Shown: positions 47,215-60,559 of the stretch, piece by piece | How positions within the stretch are numbered: position 1 is the stretch's first letter | Layout: each line of letters starts with the position of its first letter | Assembly: GCA_009103225.1 (NCBI GenBank) | Contig: RHPI01001202.1 | Span: forward strand, 443,901-507,900 | Direction of reading: 5' to 3' | DNA from: Chlorokybus atmophyticus | Lineage: Eukaryota; Plantae; Mesostigma and Chlorokybus algae | Length of the DNA: 64,000 nucleotides | Position numbers and translations under genes: made by a program | Notes under the pieces: generated by a model | What the model saw: only the letters and a program-made list of their open reading frames with translations | The model's database searches: none | Told to the model about the DNA's origin: nothing

Positions 47215-48060
47215 GCCTCACCCTCGCCAAGCGCACTCTAACCCTCAACCAAGCCAACACCGCCCACAACGCCGACCACGACAACAACAACACCAACACT
47301 CTTCTCAACAGTAGCCCACACTGTTACTACCTCAGGCCTGCCTGTAACGCCTATATTTTGCCGCCAACTAGGCGCATGAGGTTAGTTAGTTATTCCCCCC
47401 AGCTCGGCGTCAACAGTTGGTTAGTTAGTTGGTTGATTATCGCGGTTGCAGCTCCCTATCGCACATAACGTTAACGCAGTGATTGTCACTAACAACGGAC
47501 CCGTTCGTCGCCACGTCACTGGTCAGTGCGTAGGTGGACGGTTGACGTGGCGGCGCAGTACGTGTGGCCCAGATCCGTGTCGAAGGAGCGGGGTTGAGAA
47601 TGCTTCGCGGCAGCGAGTCGATCGGGATCGGGCTTTCACAGGTCACGTGCGTGAACATAGCATGCAGTCTCGTGACATGAGCATCATGAAGAGTGTTCGA
47701 GCTGCATTGCCACAAACTCACCGCCACGATTTTGCCCTGGTTATGCTGTAGTACACCGAGTGGCGTTAAGCACGCAAATACAGCCCACACCACAATCTAC
47801 AAAACCGCACGCCCACATAACATTCGCGGATGCGCGCGGCCATGTTGGTCATGTCAATGCATACCCATTCTCGCCCACTGAGGCAGACGAGCACGCATAC
47901 AGACATCATAAGACTAACACACTTGAAACGGATCAGCTAGCTTACAAATTGCGATGCATACAGGTCAAAGCGTAAACAGTCGTACACAAGCACACACAAC
48001 AGCAAAGACACGTGTGTACTGCGAGAGACGGGGTGCATGCTTCTGCCTTATGCACGGGTC

Positions 48061-51000
48061 TCAGCTCTCAGCCTGGTACTCCTGCGTAAGATCTTCCAAC
48101 ACGAGCATCAGCGACTTGGGCCGCATGGTGATGAACGTCTCTTCGCCCCTGTCTTGCCCCGGTGTTCTACGGAAATGCCACCGCTGCAGGATCATTGCCA
48201 AGATGATCTGATTGCAACAGAGGGTGAGTACGTATGAGCATGGCTGATTCGCACACAAGTACACATGCACACGCGCACCCGCTCGCACGCACACACACAT
48301 ATGTGCACACGCCTAAACACGTGCATTGGCACCCACACTCGCAAACGGACACGTGACTGTACATAGAGACACATGACTGCATACGAAGACACCCAGACAT
48401 ACAGATAGCAAGCATATGCACACACGCATGCGTGCACGCGCGCAGCCAATCACGGGCACAAGCGCACACATGCACTACCTTTGCTTCCATGAGTGCGAAT
48501 CTCCACCCGATGCAATTCCTCGGCCCCGTCGAGAACGGCATAAATGCAAGCGGGTGTTTGCACGCTTTCGCCACGCCTTCTCCAAACCTATCCGGATTAA
48601 AGCAATCCGGATCGGGCCACAGCTCCGGATCCCGATGTATCGAGTATATCGACACGATGATGTTGGTTCCCTTTGGGGCCACATACTCCCCCAACCCAAC
48701 ATCTCTCTCGACGTGTCGAACCACCGACGGCACGGGAGGGTGGATGCGCAGAGACTCGTTGAGTATCATCGACACGACCTTCAACTCGTCGAGTTGTGTC
48801 GGCGTGGGAGGCGTGTTGGGCCCGCCGCACACGCGCATCACCTCCTCACGCGCACGCTCCTCCCACTTGGGGTGGTCGCATAAGTGGTATAAGGCCCATG
48901 CGAGAAGCTGAGCGGTCGTCTCGTGACCGGCAAAGAGGAAGGTCAACGCCTCGTCCAACACCTCGGAGTCTGTCAGCCTGCGTAAAGAGTATGTTGGGTG
49001 ATACCAACAGAAACACACACACGGACAGGAGAAGTGTCAACTACACCATTGCACTGTATACAAACAGAGAGTCACGACAACAAGTCGGTCGGGTGGGGAA
49101 CACACCGACTGAGATGCAGACGCACACGTAAGAACAGCAACCACCCACACACCAACATAAAACCCATGAGCACAACCAGCAAACGAACATTAATGCCAAC
49201 GAGTGACAAGACACAACCACACACGCAAACGTGCACGTAGGCGCGCACGCTTTCAAACTCACTTCCACTCTCACTCTCACGCTCACTCTCACTCTTACTC
49301 TCACCTCTGTTTCCCTTTCTCCAGGGTCTGATCCGCCGCCCCCAGCACATTACTCAACAGGTCATCATACTCCTCCCCTTGACCCATAGCTCGTCTTCTT
49401 GCCCCAATGGCTCCGAGCAATAACCGTCTCACATCACTTGCGGCCGCCCACGCCGCGCGGTTGGCTTGTGTTGGTAAAAGGCGGTAGAATGGCAGAATTG
49501 CGGCTAAGGGGGATTTGAACTGGGAGGAGGTGGAGAGGAGGAGGCGGCGGAGGGCGAAGAGGACGCGGGGGGCGTCGGCGACCACCTGAGAGGGAGAGAG
49601 GATTGGTTGTGTCGGGGACACATGTGCGTGCGGGCGCGTGCGGCCATGTGTGTGTCACGTGTCGAGTGCTGTATCAGTGCACTGCGATGTGAAGTCCACC
49701 CATGTTAAGGGGAGGGATATTGTACTGGGGGCACTATAGTGTGCAGCGCAGCATAGCATAGTGTAGTCTGATCTCACATGGTGGGTGTGGACGTGTTGTA
49801 CAGCAAACCAGCATAGTATAGTACAGTAAAGTAACGCTGTTTGTAATGCACTGTGTAGTCACACTTTGCGCAGCCCAATGCAATCAACACGTCATTGTGC
49901 ACAGTTTCTAGTTCTCAACAAGACTTAGGTGTACTCTGACTGTTACCAACGGCATATACCAGCGACTGATTGACTTGACCGTAGGCATATGAGTAAACCT
50001 TACACAGAACCATCCGATCAAACCAACTCACAACCCAACACAACTCTCCCTCACCTCCATGTTCTGCTGTCCTCCCTGTTGGTTCCCCCGCATCACGAAC
50101 CCGAGCGCCGCCCTTCCGATGATCGACAGCGTCAGTTCCGACAGCTCTGCCCGCATGTCCACCTCTCCTCCTCCACGTGATACCTTTTCCGACCAGGAGC
50201 GCATGGCATCGGAGGCGCAGTGGACAACCTGGTCGTGCATGGCCTGCGGGAAGAAGGGGGAGTGGGTGGGTGTGGGTGCGTGTGCGTGTGTGTATCTCAC
50301 CTTCAGCTTGGCTTGGTGGAAGCTTGGGTTGATGATTTGGCGGTGGCGGGCCCACTGTTCGCCGTTGGATAGCACGAGGCCATCACCTGATGACAAGTGT
50401 TGAGCGCATGCACGCCAGATCATTGACAATAACTCCCGCCTCCCAACGTTATCACATATGCTGATATGTATGCATGCATGCACGCACATGCGCATTGCAC
50501 ACAGAGATACACAGATTGTGCGTGGCACACACCGAGCACTGGCAGGAGCAACTTGCGAATGAAATGCGGCTTGATAAGCGCATCCTTATCCCTCAAGAAC
50601 ACCTGCGGTAGAGAGTTAACCAGACACAGCCACACACGGTGAAACACCATAAGATAACACGCTTCAACCAAGACACGGTACCCATACGCATGTGCATGTA
50701 CATGCACATGCACGCATGCATGACTGGCACGTATTGTACCCAAATGTACCGGTACCGTACCTGTCGTACTAGTTCTGGATCACGTATAGCAAACCTCGTC
50801 TCATGTCTCACAGCGAAGCAGAACACCTTCGCTTTCGGCCCCGCCGCCGCAAACCCCTCCCTGACCAACTCCAGGAACGGGCTTCCCTTGCCCGCGCGCC
50901 CGTAGGCCAGCACCTCCGGCAGCTGACCCACGAAGGGCCTGTGGGAGACGAGGGTGAGGATGTGTGGGGGTGAATGTGGGTGGGGATGTGGGTGAGGGTG

Positions 51001-51171
51001 TGGGGGTGCTTGCCTGAAGGGGAGGGTGTAGAGGCCCTGGGAACGGCAGCGGCGGAGGATGAAGTAGGGGACGACGGCGCCGACCCAGATGGTCCAGGCG
51101 AGTAAGGCGGCGGCGGAGGCCAGAGACGCGTAGAGGAGCAGCGACGCTGGCGACATGGACAGTAACGCCAT
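48061..51171 (-). CDS. Cytochrome P450 (CYP72-clan-like), spliced
   Basis: N-terminal membrane anchor, GLVLSNGEQWARHRQIINPSF, FLFAGHETT, ESLR, FNPDRF and FMPFSTGPRNCIG heme motif. Confidence 0.95.
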
Positions 51172-51379
51172 CGCCGCCGCTGACAACAATGCTGCGCAGG
51201 TGCGTTCGATTACAACGCATGTACCGTACCGGTACCGTACCTGACTCAGACCGTTAGGGCTCAGTCAGGTTTAAAGTTTGAACTGATTAGCGGCAGAGAG
51301 TTAACTAACCGGGGCGGCGGCGGCGGCGTGGGAGAGGAGGGGCAGAAGGAGGCGGAGGTGGAGGGGAGTGGCGATTGAG

Positions 51380-54281
51380 ATGGTTAGAGAGACGCTTGAC
51401 CCTTGCTGGTTGGCGTGGAGTAGGTTGAGGCGTCGTCGTCGTGCTCAGTGCATTGACGGCTGCTCGGAGCTGCTCGCAGACAACCCACTCGACCAGGTCA
51501 GTTCAGCGTGTGTATCCTTGATGTTGATATCGATGTACTTGTGGCAATGACTGTGCCACTAGAAATGTTGATGTTGTTGTTGGTGGTGGTGTTCTGAGTG
51601 TAAGAGCAGCAGAAGCATCGCAACGCAGAACCGTATACAAATTGTGTAAATCCAATATGTGCATGTGTTGAGTGGGTTCCAGGAGACGGTAGCAGGCCAC
51701 GATCATTTGCGTCTTGTAACGTGTTTATTGTTTTGCGTCTCAACAGACGCAAAGCCCGTATACAGCATGCATGTTTGTTGAATGAAAACGCAGTGCTGAC
51801 CAAGTACAGTACATTTATGTTGTGTACGCCCTTGCATCTTGCATGCATGATACACAGTGCAACAAGTCACTGTGTATCATGCGCACGTTGTCTGCGCACC
51901 ACACTGTGCATCTGGTTGTGATTATGTCCTCACTGTTAGTTTCAGAATGGCTCTTCAAACCACACTGGACATGCTTGCAGCTTTGACCCACATCAGTTGG
52001 CAGTCAGTCTTTACCCCTCAGGAGAGTATTAACGTTGTTGACGTCACCAGATTCGTACACAGAAACGCACATGTATACACGCCTGCGTGTGTGCGCGCAT
52101 ACACGCACATGTGCACACACGCCTGCGCGCATATGTACGTGGCCGGGAGAGAGGGGAACGGGGGGGAGGGGAGGGGCACCTCAGCGCGTGCAGGAGCGCG
52201 CCCTTTATTTTACACATACGCGTTCGCATGCATGCACTCATACCCAAGCATGCGCACACGTGCACCATCAAGTTTCAATATTGACCAAACAAACACCACG
52301 TTGACTTCAACAAGCACGTCATCTCTCACGCAGGCCGCCTGGTGGTTGAAATGCCGCGCGTTGACCCTCGAAGCTTGGGTCGACGACATCGACATGGACG
52401 ACGCCACCTCCCCCGCCTCCGGCCTCGACATCGACGACCACGCGACGACTTCCGCCCCCCGGCCCGGAACTTCCCTGCACGCTCCCTCAACGTCCGCCCC
52501 CCGGCCCGGCACTTCGTTCTCGGCGAGCCAGGGCGTGAGACCGGTCACGAGCGCGGGGAGACCGGTGACGGGGTACGCGAGGCCGGGGACGGCCTCATCC
52601 AGGCCGGGGAGTTCTGCAGCACGGCCGAGGACTTCCAGACCCGTCACGGCGTCCACAGGCAGGCAAGCTTAGGCAAATGAAGCGTACTGACGCGCATTTA
52701 CACATGCAGACATGTACGCGCACGTGTACGCTCACACGCACACGCACACGCACACGCACACGCGCGCACACACACACACGCGCGAGCGCGCGCAAACACG
52801 CACACGCACATCCATGCATGCACGCGCGCGCACATGCATACACACGCGCGCGGGCGAGTGCGCCCACTCACCCACTCACCCACCCATAGACACGTACGCG
52901 CAGGCATGCACCACCCAGCACACACACACATACATGCACCCACCCACCCGCCCCCCACACAAGACAAATGAGGTGCTGTTGTGGGCAGGTTTGTTAGATT
53001 GGGTACTGCGTCAATGCTTGGCGACTCATCCGGGACCTTCATTGACGTGAGTGTTGGGTATGTTGACATGCAAGATACTGCACGCGGTGATGTGTACACG
53101 CCACAACAGTGATTTCGACTCTACATGCAGGTGGAGAGACTGGACTTGAAAAAGTATGCAGCAAGGCCGGCACTCGCACGCGTAGGAATGAGTAAAGCAT
53201 CGTTATTCAAGCTCATTTTTCTCAATTTAAGTCATACTACTTATTAGCATTCAACAAATCTCTGTTGTCCTGCAGGTTTTATGCGACTACATCCTATATT
53301 ATGACCACAACCCTAAGAAGGCTCTTGAGCTCGCAGCCTTTGCCACTGTGCATGAAAGGTTATGCTTATATACTGCCCGTGCCCTGCCCTACAGACAGAA
53401 CTGGATATAGCAAATCGTTGTTCAAACAAACAATCTCATGAAGCGTGGATGCCCACTATTTTCAGGTATGGCGATTGGTGGTGGAAAGCGAGGCTCGGCA
53501 AGTGTTACTATCAATTGGGACTCGTTCGAGATGCCGAACGACAATTTAAGTCTGCACTTTCCATGCAGGCATGAGATGTTGTTTTGCTATTTCCTTTCCA
53601 TGTCGGTTGTTGGCTTATAACTGACCAAATGAGTGAAGCTTGGTTGTGGCTTGCAGGATAATGTGGGGACCACTCTGGAGCTTTGTAAAGTGTACATAAA
53701 GCTCGATCAGCCCAACAGCGCGCTTGATGTGTACTCAAAGGTGAGTGTCAGATTGCATGTTGTGTGTATCTAAGCATGCGAGTGCATGTGCGTGCCTGCA
53801 AGCGTGTGCACATCCGTGCACACGTGCATGTGTGTGTATGTATGTGTGCGCGCGCGCGCGTGGCCGCGCGGGCAGACGCGCACGCATGTGTTCGATTTGC
53901 ACAACATGAACCTTGTCGTGTACACGGATGTTGGTTGATTTCGACTGTGACACAGGCTGCTGAGCAGCACGCTGGCGAGGTGTGTCTGCTCCTCGGCGCC
54001 GCGCGCATCCACGACGCGATGAGCAACTCCTCTCAAAGTCTGGCACTCTACAAGAAGGTGAGCAGACGGGAGCCAACACCTGCGTGCGTGGTTCTCTTGC
54101 TGACAATGTGCGTGTGTGTGTGCGCGCGCGTGCGTGCTCCTCACCAACACAGGCGTTGAGTTGGGATGCGGTGTGTGTTGAGGCGGCAGCGTGTGTGGCC
54201 GCGCACCACTTCTACGGCGACCACCCAGAGCTCGCGCTCCGCTTCTACCGACGACTACTCCAGGTGGGTATTGTGTTGGTG

Positions 54282-54315
<34 letters not shown>

Positions 54316-55424
54316 TGCGGCTTGCGCAGATGGGTGTGAGCAATGCGGAGCTGTGGAACAACCTTGGCCTGTGCTGCTTCTACAGCTCGCAGGTGCGTGT
54401 GTATGTGTGTATGTATGTACGTGTGTGAACAAATGCAAGTTCCTTGATGCTGTTGACCTAAGACTATTTCCGGCTGGATGATACAACAACAATCTGTGTG
54501 TGTGGTTGACACAGTATGACATGACGTTGGCGTGCTTTGAGCGCGGTCTCGCCCTCGCCTCAGACGAAGAAGCCGCCGACATATGGTGAGAACAGGACAC
54601 GTATCAATGTGTACAATTGGTCTTGATGTGCATGTGGACAAAATTGGTGTTGTCGCAGGTACAATGTGTCGCATGTTGCCATCGGTGTTGGCGATCTCGG
54701 TCTGGCGTATCAGGCGCTGAAGATCGCCGTGTCGTTGGACGCCAACCACGCTGAATGCTACAACAACCTGGGGGTTAGTGTGCGAAGCGTGCATTGGTGT
54801 AATTGTGTGCGTGCGCACACGCATGTGTGTTCAGTGTGCACACGCTCGCACGCTCGCACGCAGACACACGCGCACTTCTACACTCATGTGCACGTATCTG
54901 GGTGTCTGGACGTGCGTATGTATTACAGCAGCTCGTCAAGATCGCATCACCATTGTTCCTTGGTTAGATGCTGGAGTTGAGGCGGGGCGACATCGACCAG
55001 GCGCGCGCGAGTTTCGCCGCGGCGATGAGGCTGTCGGGTGCGTTGTTCGAGCCGGCATTCAACGCGGCGCTGCTCGAGTACAGACTCGGGGACATGCAGG
55101 TTTGTGTGGGTGTATGGGTGCAGTAATCCCTCCATCGGAATTACCGTTTCGCGCATACGTTGCTTCATCTCACGTTGATATCTAATCCTGAGTGTAGGCA
55201 TCCACATGCAGTGGATGAGTAACTGTGTGTACTGAGTGTGGCAAGCGAGCCAAACTGTTGCTGTTACAGACATGACCCAACATGTGTTCTTGCTTTGTGT
55301 TGAATGGTGGCTCTCTTTCGTGCAGGAGAGCTTCAGGCTTGTGAACCTGTCGCTGAAGGCGTTCCCGGGACACAGCGAGTCCCAGGAGCTGCTCAGGACA
55401 CTGCAGCAGCTCTTTATGAGCTGA
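51380..55424 (+). CDS. BBS8: BBSome subunit BBS8/TTC8, spliced
   Basis: NPLDQ|AAWWLKC, RPGTS repeats, RPVTASTGR|FVRLGTASM, DWWWKARLGKCYYQLG, HPELALRFYRRLLQ, AELWNNLGLCCFY, ADIWYNVSHVAIG and AECYNNLG. Confidence 0.96.
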
Positions 55425-55933
55425 CACATTTGGGGGGACATGGAGAATGCCAAAGAGGTTGGAGGGTATGCACACAAGGAGATTAAGGGTTGGAATATAG
55501 CAGCATTTGGTCTCTTCCCCAAAGCCTTAGCCTTCACTTCTTGGACTAGCAGTTGTAAGCAAAGTTTAAAGAGGAATTTGTAGATACACGCAATGTACAG
55601 TTGTCGATGCCGGCTGCATCATTGATGATGATGGGAACTTTTTGTCTTGATCATGTTTATTGTGAGGTTGAACATTAGGGCAACAACAAAACAATGATCA
55701 ATGATTATTGAAGTCACGCCTTTTCCGTACGCCCTCCCGTGATCTAAGCTAGGGCTGGCGCTACAGGGCGAGCGCAAAAAATAGCGCGCATTTATCTATG
55801 GTACTACCGCTTGTGGTTACAGGCTGTAACATACAGCTTAGCTAACTACACAACGGATGAATGATAATATAACAAAATGCGAATGGAATAAGAAAGAGAG
55901 GGAAATTTAGTCGAACACAATACTAATGTACAG

Positions 55934-58123
55934 CTACCTGGCTGCTCCTTCCCTGCATATTTGCCAGTGCGCCTCGATGAGACCCAACGCTGGATGACTC
56001 TCGCTCACACCCAACACCAAGAACTGGTTCACCCTGTTTGAGGACCATGATTAGCTTGTGTGGTTGTTGTGTATGTCATTCCAAGGTTGAACAATTGTGG
56101 GTGTCATGTGTGCATGTGTGTGTGGGTTCCTTTCTTATGGGTTTCTTGCCTTGTGGCTTGCAGCTTATCGTCCCACATCGGCCCGTCCACACGCAGCATG
56201 AACAACGCCTCCCCTTGACCACCTGCGAGAAGCACAACAATGAGAGAGATGAGCCCACGGTGAATGCAGGTGCACACATGTTGCTTTCACGTACATAGGA
56301 CTGTGAGCAGCATCATTCAATCACCATGCGATACTGATAGTAAGCAGTGAATCAACGCAAGTGCTCCCATTTCATGCTGTTGAGCACGCACGCACACGCA
56401 CACACACGTACGCGCACATTCAAGCTCATACCATGCAGCATTCTCAACGCTCGTCTCTGTTCCCTTCCTTCCTCTCCCTCTCCCTCTCCTTCTCCCATCT
56501 CACTTTCCCCACAACCAGAAGTTGGCCTCCCCGGTCCGGACCCGGCCGAGGACGAGGACGCGGGCGACCCCAACCCGAGGACGTACGCGCGCATGCCCTC
56601 GGACGACATGGCCGCGACGCCCTTGCTGAGGAGGAAGGAGTGGGCGCGCCAGAGGACGGCGTCCGAACCACACGCGCCCAACACCTGGTGGGTGTGACGC
56701 GTATGTTAAGCGTTACTTTGCTAGCTAACAAAGTAACGCTTGCTGCTAACAAGCGAGTCAACAAACGCGCACGCGCATGCGTACGCAAGCGCACATGCAG
56801 GCGCTTGAACACGCGCACACGCACACACATGCACGCACACACGCGTACACGCACCCGCACCCGCACAGACACGTACCCACACACATCCACCAATACACAC
56901 ACGCGCATAGAGTCCACTTCAACTCTGTGTGTACCTGTGTGATGTCCATGCCGCTCGGGACCTCCATCAGCGGCGGTTTCTCGCTGAACCTGGCGCCGAT
57001 TTCGCACTCGTTGCCTGCTGTCCTGGCCTCCTCAAGCGCATTTGGCCCTGATACCAATGGGGAAGTACATTATATCCATGACAAGTGTAGCCCTGATATC
57101 AACTTGGCAGCAGATGTATCTGACTCACCTGCAACGATATTGAGCAGGCGATGCAGGGATCTGTCGCCGATATCGGCTAGGAGGGTGCGTGGGGCATCGA
57201 TATAAGCGCATGGTTGGGTGAGGAAGTGCTGAATCTGAGTGGATTTCAGCCCCGAGGCCGGGCACATCGGCGATATCGACCGCGAGAGAAGCAGCGAGCG
57301 CGACAATGATGACTCCAACATCACGCGCTGCTGAGAACGATAACTCGCACCATCCTGACTATATGTGTGGCCACCTCCTCCTCCTCCTCCTCCTAACAAC
57401 ATTACTCCTGCTCCACCTTCTGCTACTCCACCTCTATGCGCCACCACAACCAACACCATAGCCACCTGAGAGACATAGCACATAAATGATGTTCGATGGA
57501 GATAACACCTTTTCTTCTGCACTGTACGCATGATGTGTGGGTGGGTGGGCGTGTGGGTGTGGCTGTGGGTGTGGGTGTGGGTGTGGGTGTGGGTGTGGGT
57601 GTGGGTGTGGGTGTGGGTGTGGGTGTGGGTGTGGGTGGATGTGAATGTAATTGTGGGTTTGTATACCATAAGCAGGGCGGAGAGAGCTGAGACTGCGCTG
57701 CGGTGAGAAAACTGTGGCATGCCGATGAAGGCCGGGGATGCGATATCCACGACGTGCTCCGGGATCTCAACCCTCAAGCTGACAGAGCACAACCATGATA
57801 TCAAACGAGACACACTTTTTCAAATCATAGCTTCAAGACATGCAAATGACCTACCTCCTGAATCGTTTGGCTCTTCTCTGGCCAGGTGTTCCCGAGTCTT
57901 GTCCGTTGCAGCAGGATGATGAAGAGGATGAGGATGATAAGGACGTTATAATGGGTGACATGGAGGTGGAGGCCGAGTGTGAGGAGGGAGTTAAGGAGGC
58001 GGCTGAGGAGACACCGCCGCCGCCGCCCATGTTGTTGTGGTGGTGCTCCCCGTAGCTGAAGCTGGCAGCGTGGCCGCGGTTCGCCATCACGCCCGCGGGG
58101 CTACACCTATACGACGTCGTCAT
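55934..58123 (-). CDS. Uncharacterised spliced protein with an N-proximal hydrophobic anchor (type II membrane protein-like)
   Basis: Six exons join in frame through canonical or GC-AG sites (e.g. RAKRFRS|LRVEIP, ALLM|VAMVLVVV, DITQ|VLGACG, KLQATR|VNQFLV). No family recognised. Confidence 0.6.
57541..57636. repeat. (GTGGGT)n hexamer tract in an intron
   Basis: Seen directly. Confidence 0.9.
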
Positions 58124-58695
58124 ACACGCTGATCATCTCGGAGCTGAGGCCGCCATACCAGTCTAACCTGGCCTAGCAGAGTCTGGTCTGGTCTGGTCTG
58201 GTCTGGACTGGACTGGGGTAGTCCACTGACTTGACTAGTATGGCCTGGGCTGGCTGAACTACACTACCTGGCTAGGGAGCGAGGGCACGAGAGCAATCCA
58301 CCTGATCCCCTAAGCAACTGTACTTGCGCATATCCCTCTCTGACGAAACTGTAGCCAACGCCGCCAACGTCAACGCTGCCGCCGCCGCCGCCTTCGCCAG
58401 CCCTAACACTGACTATACTTCGTCCCTGCATGTCAAAGGTTTCTTCATGCACGTGACTATGACGACGACCGAATTAGCACCTCCCGACCCTGATCGTACG
58501 AACCGCATCTTTTGGTCGCAACCAAGCTTAGCACCCAGATCCGGATCCACATGACTGGCGGGAACGTGAGGAAGTTTTCAATTCGATTCATTTTCGCGGG
58601 AAAGCGTTGTCAAAACAAAGCAGCGGCACATTCCCGCTAGTTTGGCGGCAGCGGCGGTGTGGTTGTCAGTGTGGTTGGCGTTGTCGTTGGCGGTG

Positions 58696-59816
58696 ATGGC
58701 GGCGGCGGTGGGGACGGGGTTGAAGGTGGGAGGGGCGACGGGGGTTGGGAGGCTGGATGTGTGCAGGACGAGCGGGTCGAAGAGAGGGAGCAGCAGGCAG
58801 CCGTTGAGGAGTCAGCCAGTGCAGGCGGCGCTGGACACCAGGCCACTGCACTTGTCATCCCGCCAGCACCATCAACAGCAAAAGGAGCAGCAGCAACAAC
58901 ATGCTCAGGCATACCAGCAGCAACACGAGGGCGGGACGACAGGTATTCTGAGCAGAGTGCATGATTTCCTCTTTGCTGAGGAGGGAGGAGAGGCAGGCGA
59001 CTATGCCGCTGCTGCTGCCGCCGCCGCCGCCGCCACGGACAGCAATCAGAGAGTCACGGGCAACGCCGCCACCATCGCCACCCCCACCCATACCCATCAG
59101 GACACGCATGCCGCAGACGCCGCCGCTGCTGCTGCTGCAGCCCAGGCAAGCATGAGCATGACACTAACACCCTTCATGACAATGCACAGTACAGCAATGA
59201 CATGGACGAGAACATCTCTCATGACAAGGATGATGCCAACCAGGTGCTGAAGCTGGAGCCGGAGGCCATCGGCGATGTGTGGGATGTGGCCATCCAGGCA
59301 CTCAGGGAACGCCGCGCAGTCATACTGTCCACCAGACGCATGGCATCCCCCGACGCCCAGCGAGCTGTCGACTTCCTTGCCGGAGGTGAGACTGATTGGC
59401 ATGTTCAGATATGATAGCAGTGTCGATGACTACATTGCTGATGACGCTTGTATCCTGACACAACGCTCTGGAGTGATGATAATCGTGATCATAATGGCCA
59501 TTGCGGATGTTGGTGATGTTGGTGTAGGATGATGCTGCTGCTGCTGTTATTGTTTGTGTTGTTGTTTGCGTCATGGTGTGGTTGATTGTTGTTACCTTGT
59601 GGTGCTGTGGCAGCCACGCAGATAGTGTACGGTCACGTGGAATCGCTTGGCGATGGGATCTTCCTTTTTACGCCGTCAACGGCGAGCGTGCGGGTATGGG
59701 GAACGCCCTCAGCGGATAAACCGCGCAGTGCCAACTCGCCCGGTCTGCTCGGCTTCCTCAAGCACGCTGGATCAATGCTCACTGGTGGTTCACAACGGGA
59801 AAGGGAGACGCAATGA
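58696..59816 (+). CDS. sepF: Cyanobacterial-type cell/plastid division protein SepF with a transit-peptide-like N-terminus; exons about 58696-59145, 59244-59385, 59614-59816
   Basis: LEPEAIGDVWDVAIQALRERRAVILSTRRMASPDAQRAVDFLAGATQIVYGHVESLGDGIFLFTP matches the cyanobacterial SepF core (ALRERKSVVLN...AQRAVDFVAG...IFLFTP). Splicing keeps the frame. Confidence 0.9.
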
Positions 59817-60559
59817 CAAAGGGTGTGATCGCAATTTCAACAAGACCACTTGCAAATGAGGAGTGGTTTGCGGCCCCTCATTGGCGGCCGCATATGTACA
59901 GTTATGAGATGCACCGATAGGGTAGTACCAATGTTTGACACAGCATTGACTTGGTGTGAACTACATACAAACAACTGCACTAGACATGTGTAATGATTCG
60001 ACACGTGTTGCATGCACAGTACCTGCAACACGTGTCTCGTACGTTTGCATGCACAGTACCACGCAACATGTGCAACTTTGTTTCAGCAGGGTCTGGGCGT
60101 TCCCAATGCGCGCATTGCATACTTGGTGCGAGCATGCATCAGTTACAAATCATTGCCTGCATGTCCTGTCTGCTTACAATGCATGATGTGCACACTCTCT
60201 GCATGTACAACATACGCTGTGGTTATGGCTGCGTGCTTACCTTTGACTGAAAGCAACACAAACAGGGCGACGATGCAACTGCTGCTTTCTGCATACGTCT
60301 CCGATGTTGCCACCCACTCGCTCTCGAGGTTTGTGGATGTGTTGTGATGCTATGCATATTTTGAAGAAGAAGAGGCTACACGTTCCATACCCTTGTTTTA
60401 TCCGTTGTGCACAATATGCACTTGTCACAATGCAAACACATGGTTGGACATACTTACAAACGCATACAGCTTGTCGGGTCAAGGAAAATGCCGTTACGAA
60501 TGTTCATGTCGGGCTATGTTGGTGGCATGGACATATGTACAAAACTGTTGATGCTTTAG

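Noticed and set aside
56170-56180. GTCCCACATCG, a perfect plant snRNA upstream sequence element (USE)
   Set aside because: It lies in a minus-strand coding exon (PMWD), with no TATA box or snRNA-like sequence downstream.
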